DNA of 64,000 nucleotides from a virus: IMG/VR virus record IMGVR_UViG_3300044797_000101, positions 32,001 through 96,000 of that record. One strand, written 5' to 3'. Of this stretch, positions 60,460 through 64,000 are shown in pieces; positions within the stretch are counted from its first letter, which is position 1; each line of letters opens with the position of its first letter. A model generated the notes under the pieces. That model made no database searches. It saw nothing but the letters and a program-made list of their open reading frames with translations, and was not told the DNA's origin. The translations under genes were made by a program, and so were the position numbers.

Positions 60460-60488
60460 ATTCTACCAGATAATTCTTATCTTGTCAA
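60460..60488 (-). promoter_or_regulatory. Sigma70-type promoter, leaderless
   Basis: TTGACA-17-TAGAAT; ATG 5 nt after -10. Confidence 0.8.
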
Positions 60489-60491
60489 GCT

Positions 60492-60857
60492 TTATTTTAC
60501 CTCAGCGAACCACTTGACAATGACGTTCTTGCTAACCTTCGTCTCATCAAAAATAACACCATCTCTCACTGCAAACGCATGACCAGCTTTAATGATATAG
60601 AATGAACCTTTTGGATGCGCAATTAGAAATGAAGATAAAGAGATTCTGCAACGTGTTCCTTTAAGACCCAATTCTGTGAGTGTAGGAATAGTATGATAGG
60701 AAGCGCAACGATTGCGTCTTCCACCCCATTTGAACACTTCATGTGCTTGATAATAAGGAATATCAGCAGCGTTCGCTAAAGCTCGAACTGCGCAATCGCG
60801 ACGTTCTTTCACATAACCTGCTGCTAAACGACCGCCATCAGTTAGTTGGATATTCAT
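60492..60857 (-). CDS. Phage hypothetical protein, possible papain-like fold
   Basis: DCAVRALA...GHAFAV...D. Confidence 0.6.
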   Translation of the reverse strand: MNIQLTDGGRLAAGYVKERRDCAVRALANAADIPYYQAHEVFKWGGRRNRCASYHTIPTLTELGLKGTRCRISLSSFLIAHPKGSFYIIKAGHAFAVRDGVIFDETKVSKNVIVKWFAEVK

Positions 60858-60863
60858 ATCCTA

Positions 60864-60892
60864 TTTATACCAGGAGAAGGTAAGTATGTAAA
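60864..60892 (-). promoter_or_regulatory. Sigma70-type promoter, leaderless
   Basis: TTTACA-17-TATAAA; ATG 6 nt after -10. Confidence 0.7.
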
Positions 60893-60912
60893 TGGGTCTT
60901 TAGGCCCAAAGA

Positions 60913-61647
60913 TTAATTTATTTTGATGGGGGCTTGTTTTACAGCTTCTTTAGTGGTACGGTAGGTTTTCGTTGATTCTTTTAAACGAGCTAACAAATCA
61001 GCCATAAATTGAGAGTATAATGACTGATCTTGGTGGACAACTTTGTAGGAATTAACAACGGCAGCAAGACACACCTGAATGACTTCTTCAAATGCCTCAG
61101 TAAGGTTGCGGCTAGAATCTTGATCTAGTTGATTCTTTAGGACTGCAATCTTCTCAATGATCGTAACCATCTGCTTACGGTTCTGAAGGATAACCATCTG
61201 CATCTGAGGATCAAGGAAATTCTGCTGACTAAGCTCTAAACGTTTGCTCGTATCACTACAATCTTTAAAGAGGGATACAAGCGCAGCTTTCTTATCAACT
61301 AAACTAACGTTTGCGTCTGTAAAATTTTCAATGACAGCTAATAGCTCTGGCGGAGTATTCATGACCTGAGTTTTGAGTGCAAGATCAATCTCCTTAATCT
61401 TGAACTTCTTTTCATAGTTGTAGAATGCAACCTTCGTGAGTGCAGCAAGCTGTGGGAAATCTTTTGTATATTTCTCAATCATGTACTTGCGGGTTGCCGA
61501 GGGATTCTTGGCTCGCATGTGTGTATCCATATCCTCACGCACTTCTTTGGGAAGACGTTCAAGGAATCCACGATTGGTTGATCTATCAACCTTTGCTGGC
61601 TCTGCTGCTGGTTGTTCTGGAAGTGGTTCTGTATTTTCTTCGTTCAT
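60913..61647 (-). CDS. Hypothetical helical protein
   Basis: 244-aa ORF coupled to the upstream gene. Confidence 0.7.
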   Translation of the reverse strand: MNEENTEPLPEQPAAEPAKVDRSTNRGFLERLPKEVREDMDTHMRAKNPSATRKYMIEKYTKDFPQLAALTKVAFYNYEKKFKIKEIDLALKTQVMNTPPELLAVIENFTDANVSLVDKKAALVSLFKDCSDTSKRLELSQQNFLDPQMQMVILQNRKQMVTIIEKIAVLKNQLDQDSSRNLTEAFEEVIQVCLAAVVNSYKVVHQDQSLYSQFMADLLARLKESTKTYRTTKEAVKQAPIKIN

Positions 61648-62216
61648 AATGTTACCTCTAAAAACTTTAGTGTTTGAGTTAATTGTGTGTATATGATCTT
61701 GACTTCTCGATAAGTCATAACACCACGTGTACCAAATCGCTTACAAACCTCTACATAGGTTAAGGCTGGATTCTTATAAACAGCTGTAAGGATCTTCTGC
61801 TGTCGTCCATTGATAAGCTCGTTCGTTTCCCAAAAGATCTCTGTAATTAAGGAACGTTTCAACTTCTTGATCTTCTTAAGCATCTCAATTAGCTTGTCAA
61901 AAGGCTTGTTCTCGATCAAATCTGGCCATATAATCTTCAAGGCCATATCAGGATACCTTTTTGCTGTTTCGGTGCGTAGATCAGTCATTACCTGCGTCCT
62001 AACCAGCAATCCTAGGCTCACTCCTGATCCAAACTTATAAGTAATTAGGATTCGTTCTACTGCATTCTTAACTAGTTCCTCAATCTCAGGTTTCTGAAAT
62101 GGGAACTTCTTAATCTTACCTACCTCATTGCACGAGTGCTCAATCAAATCAGCCTTGAGTAGTTCCATCTCTTTTTCAGATAACTTATTCTCTAAATAGA
62201 TTCTACTTCGACGCAT
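61644..62216 (-). CDS. Putative divergent sigma-factor-like protein
   Basis: Weak region-2-like segment (LITYKFGSGVSL) and C-terminal HTH-like segment (RQQKIL...LTYVEVC). Confidence 0.35.
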   Translation of the reverse strand: MRRSRIYLENKLSEKEMELLKADLIEHSCNEVGKIKKFPFQKPEIEELVKNAVERILITYKFGSGVSLGLLVRTQVMTDLRTETAKRYPDMALKIIWPDLIENKPFDKLIEMLKKIKKLKRSLITEIFWETNELINGRQQKILTAVYKNPALTYVEVCKRFGTRGVMTYREVKIIYTQLTQTLKFLEVTL

Positions 62217-62635
62217 TAGTCTTCCTTATTTTTACGGTCTTTGGCAAAGCCTTTCAAATTAATAGGTACACGCAATCGTTTCTGGATCTTCTTGATTGAG
62301 GCTTTCAAAGCACGTGAAACATAATTCTGTACACAACCAACCTGCTGCGCGATCTCACTCTCTGGCATCTGGTAGATGTATCGCATTGAGAAGATCTGAA
62401 ACTGTGCATCCGTAAGAACCTGCGATGAAGCTTTAAAGATCTTTTTCAATAGCTTCTCTTGCTTACGTACAATATGCCTACGCTTGTCATAATCCTGTTT
62501 CTGTTCTAGCAACAGCGATTGTTGCTTTGCTGCCTTTTCCAAATCTTCATGAGACATACTAATCTCAATGTAGTTGGGATTTTCGTAATCTAGTGCTGAT
62601 TCAGTCGGTTTTGGTTTTGATTTGGTTCGTTTCAT
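62216..62635 (-). CDS. Sigma70 region 4-like HTH protein
   Basis: LTDAQFQIFSMRY...ESEIAQQVGCVQNYVSRAL...IKKI. Confidence 0.8.
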   Translation of the reverse strand: MKRTKSKPKPTESALDYENPNYIEISMSHEDLEKAAKQQSLLLEQKQDYDKRRHIVRKQEKLLKKIFKASSQVLTDAQFQIFSMRYIYQMPESEIAQQVGCVQNYVSRALKASIKKIQKRLRVPINLKGFAKDRKNKED

Positions 62636-63183
62636 TGAGGTGCACTATCGGATATTTTTGTAAGATGTGATAAGTTCACAGTTACAGGCGTTGATCGTCC
62701 AAAGATCAATGTATCGATAGATGCACTATGACCCGATATTTTCATTACAATACCTTTAAATCCAATCAATGGTCCAACGCAAATCTCAACTAGGTTCCCC
62801 ACTACAATATCAATTATCTCTTCTGGTGTAGGTGCTGCATTTGCCATTTCTAATTCTTTAATATGATCAATCTCTTCTTGTTTAATAGGAGTAGGAAGAT
62901 CGTGCTCATCATTATGAGGCAGCTTTAAAAACTTACCTACTTTAGCTTCCATCAAGGCTTGCTCAAGCTTGCTATCATCAATAACAGCTTGAAGGAAGAC
63001 ATATCCTGGAAACAAGAGTTTTTCACTATCCTTAATTCGTCCTGTTATGGTACCAGCGACTCGTACCATTGGTGTCCAAAGTTCACCCTCATAATCCAAA
63101 ACATCTAGGATACCTTGAATTTTAATGATCGCTCTTGGACCCATTCCTTGGGTTGAAATTATGTACCATGCTTTTTCAGTCAT
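62632..63183 (-). CDS. nusG: NusG-family transcription (anti)termination factor
   Basis: WYII, LFPGYVFL, KOW segment GNLVEICVGPLIGFKG, IFGRSTPV. Confidence 0.88.
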   Translation of the reverse strand: MTEKAWYIISTQGMGPRAIIKIQGILDVLDYEGELWTPMVRVAGTITGRIKDSEKLLFPGYVFLQAVIDDSKLEQALMEAKVGKFLKLPHNDEHDLPTPIKQEEIDHIKELEMANAAPTPEEIIDIVVGNLVEICVGPLIGFKGIVMKISGHSASIDTLIFGRSTPVTVNLSHLTKISDSAPQ

Positions 63184-63839
63184 ATTAACTCCTGTTCGCC
63201 CAGACTTAAGAAATCTTCTTTAGTATGAGATTTAAAATAGTCGTCCGGGTCGTTTCCATTTGGTAATTCAATGTAAGTAAATTTTATATCTGAATCATAC
63301 AACTTGGTCGGTATAATCTCATCTTGCATCTTCTCTATAAATTTACGTCCAGCCTTATCTGAATCGGGAACCATAACAATCTTCTTTACAAACCTATTAA
63401 GAAGACAAACTTGAATCTGTGAAAGCCTCGATCCTAACATCCCAACGCAATTATTAATCCCAGCCTGATACATCTGCAACAAGCTAATATTACCTTCTAC
63501 TACGTAAACGGTTTGTGTCTTCAAGCATTCAGGCCATGTTACAGATAACCCATATAGATGCTCTTTCTTCTCGTATTCAGTATTAATGTATTTGGTCTTA
63601 CTAGGTCCAAGCGGACGAACGCTTGCTGCTATACATTTACCATATAAATCAAAAATTGGAAACAAAGAAGAATTATAGAACCTTTTATCAAGCAATGGAA
63701 TCTTATCTGTGAACTCAGCTCCAACATAAATATCACCATTAGGGGCGACGTAACCCAAATTAAACGCCCTAATTGTTTCCTCGGTAAGCTTACGCTCATC
63801 GATGAGATATTTGAATGCAGGTATTACTTTTGAAATCAT
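63180..63839 (-). CDS. dnaG: DNA primase catalytic core (Toprim), no zinc-binding domain
   Basis: FNLGY, FPI, KYINT, LYGL, VVEG, DSDKAG, DPDDY. Confidence 0.88.
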   Translation of the reverse strand: MISKVIPAFKYLIDERKLTEETIRAFNLGYVAPNGDIYVGAEFTDKIPLLDKRFYNSSLFPIFDLYGKCIAASVRPLGPSKTKYINTEYEKKEHLYGLSVTWPECLKTQTVYVVEGNISLLQMYQAGINNCVGMLGSRLSQIQVCLLNRFVKKIVMVPDSDKAGRKFIEKMQDEIIPTKLYDSDIKFTYIELPNGNDPDDYFKSHTKEDFLSLGEQELI

Positions 63840-64000
63840 AATTTGAATGAGACTTCAGAAGCAAGTGGTCCAAAGCGTTCGTTAATCAGTTTCGCTTCTC
63901 GTTCTAGATCTGCAAAGTTGATGTTACGCTCTGCAGGAATAACATGATCAAAATTATAATTATCAAGACTTGTTTCAGTATAATCATTGATAATCGTCTT

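Noticed and set aside
171-62040. Plus-strand ORFs in the track (e.g. 58121-58699, 44331-44747)
   Set aside because: They are antisense shadows of well-supported minus-strand genes and have no recognisable motifs.
1-64000. Alternative genetic code explaining the many short ORFs
   Set aside because: Known enzymes are full-length under the standard code, and TAA, TAG and TGA all terminate genes at coupled junctions.

Overview
A 64-kb, AT-rich segment of a large (probably jumbo) dsDNA bacteriophage genome. All credible genes lie on the minus strand, tightly packed and often overlapping, with no recognisable structural genes. Recognisable cargo: two ClpP paralogues, peptide deformylase, RNase H, a degenerate ThyX, an RNA-repair set (two RNA ligases, HD+kinase, Thg1, HAD, metallophosphoesterase, cyclic-phosphate receiver), two deaminases, two NDT-like proteins, a DnaC-like ATPase, IlvE, patatin, a MoxR-AAA/VWA pair, NusG, sigma-like proteins and a primase core. 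Eleven near-consensus sigma70 promoters are visible, seven placed for leaderless mRNAs. The dominant unexplained feature is a family of about 62 (manual count) small, mutually divergent, mostly Cys/His zinc-finger-like proteins sharing one short near-C-terminal motif, [FY]-x(2-3)-[DNTSG]-N-L-x-[YFWL]-L-E (DNLxYLE). They occur in tandem arrays, the largest at 33-41 kb. The motif is conserved at peptide level and also appears on unrelated domains. This suggests a modular variable-domain plus common-docking-tag system; its partner is unknown, and the phage ClpP pair is one candidate. All calls come from motif recognition by eye, with no database searches.
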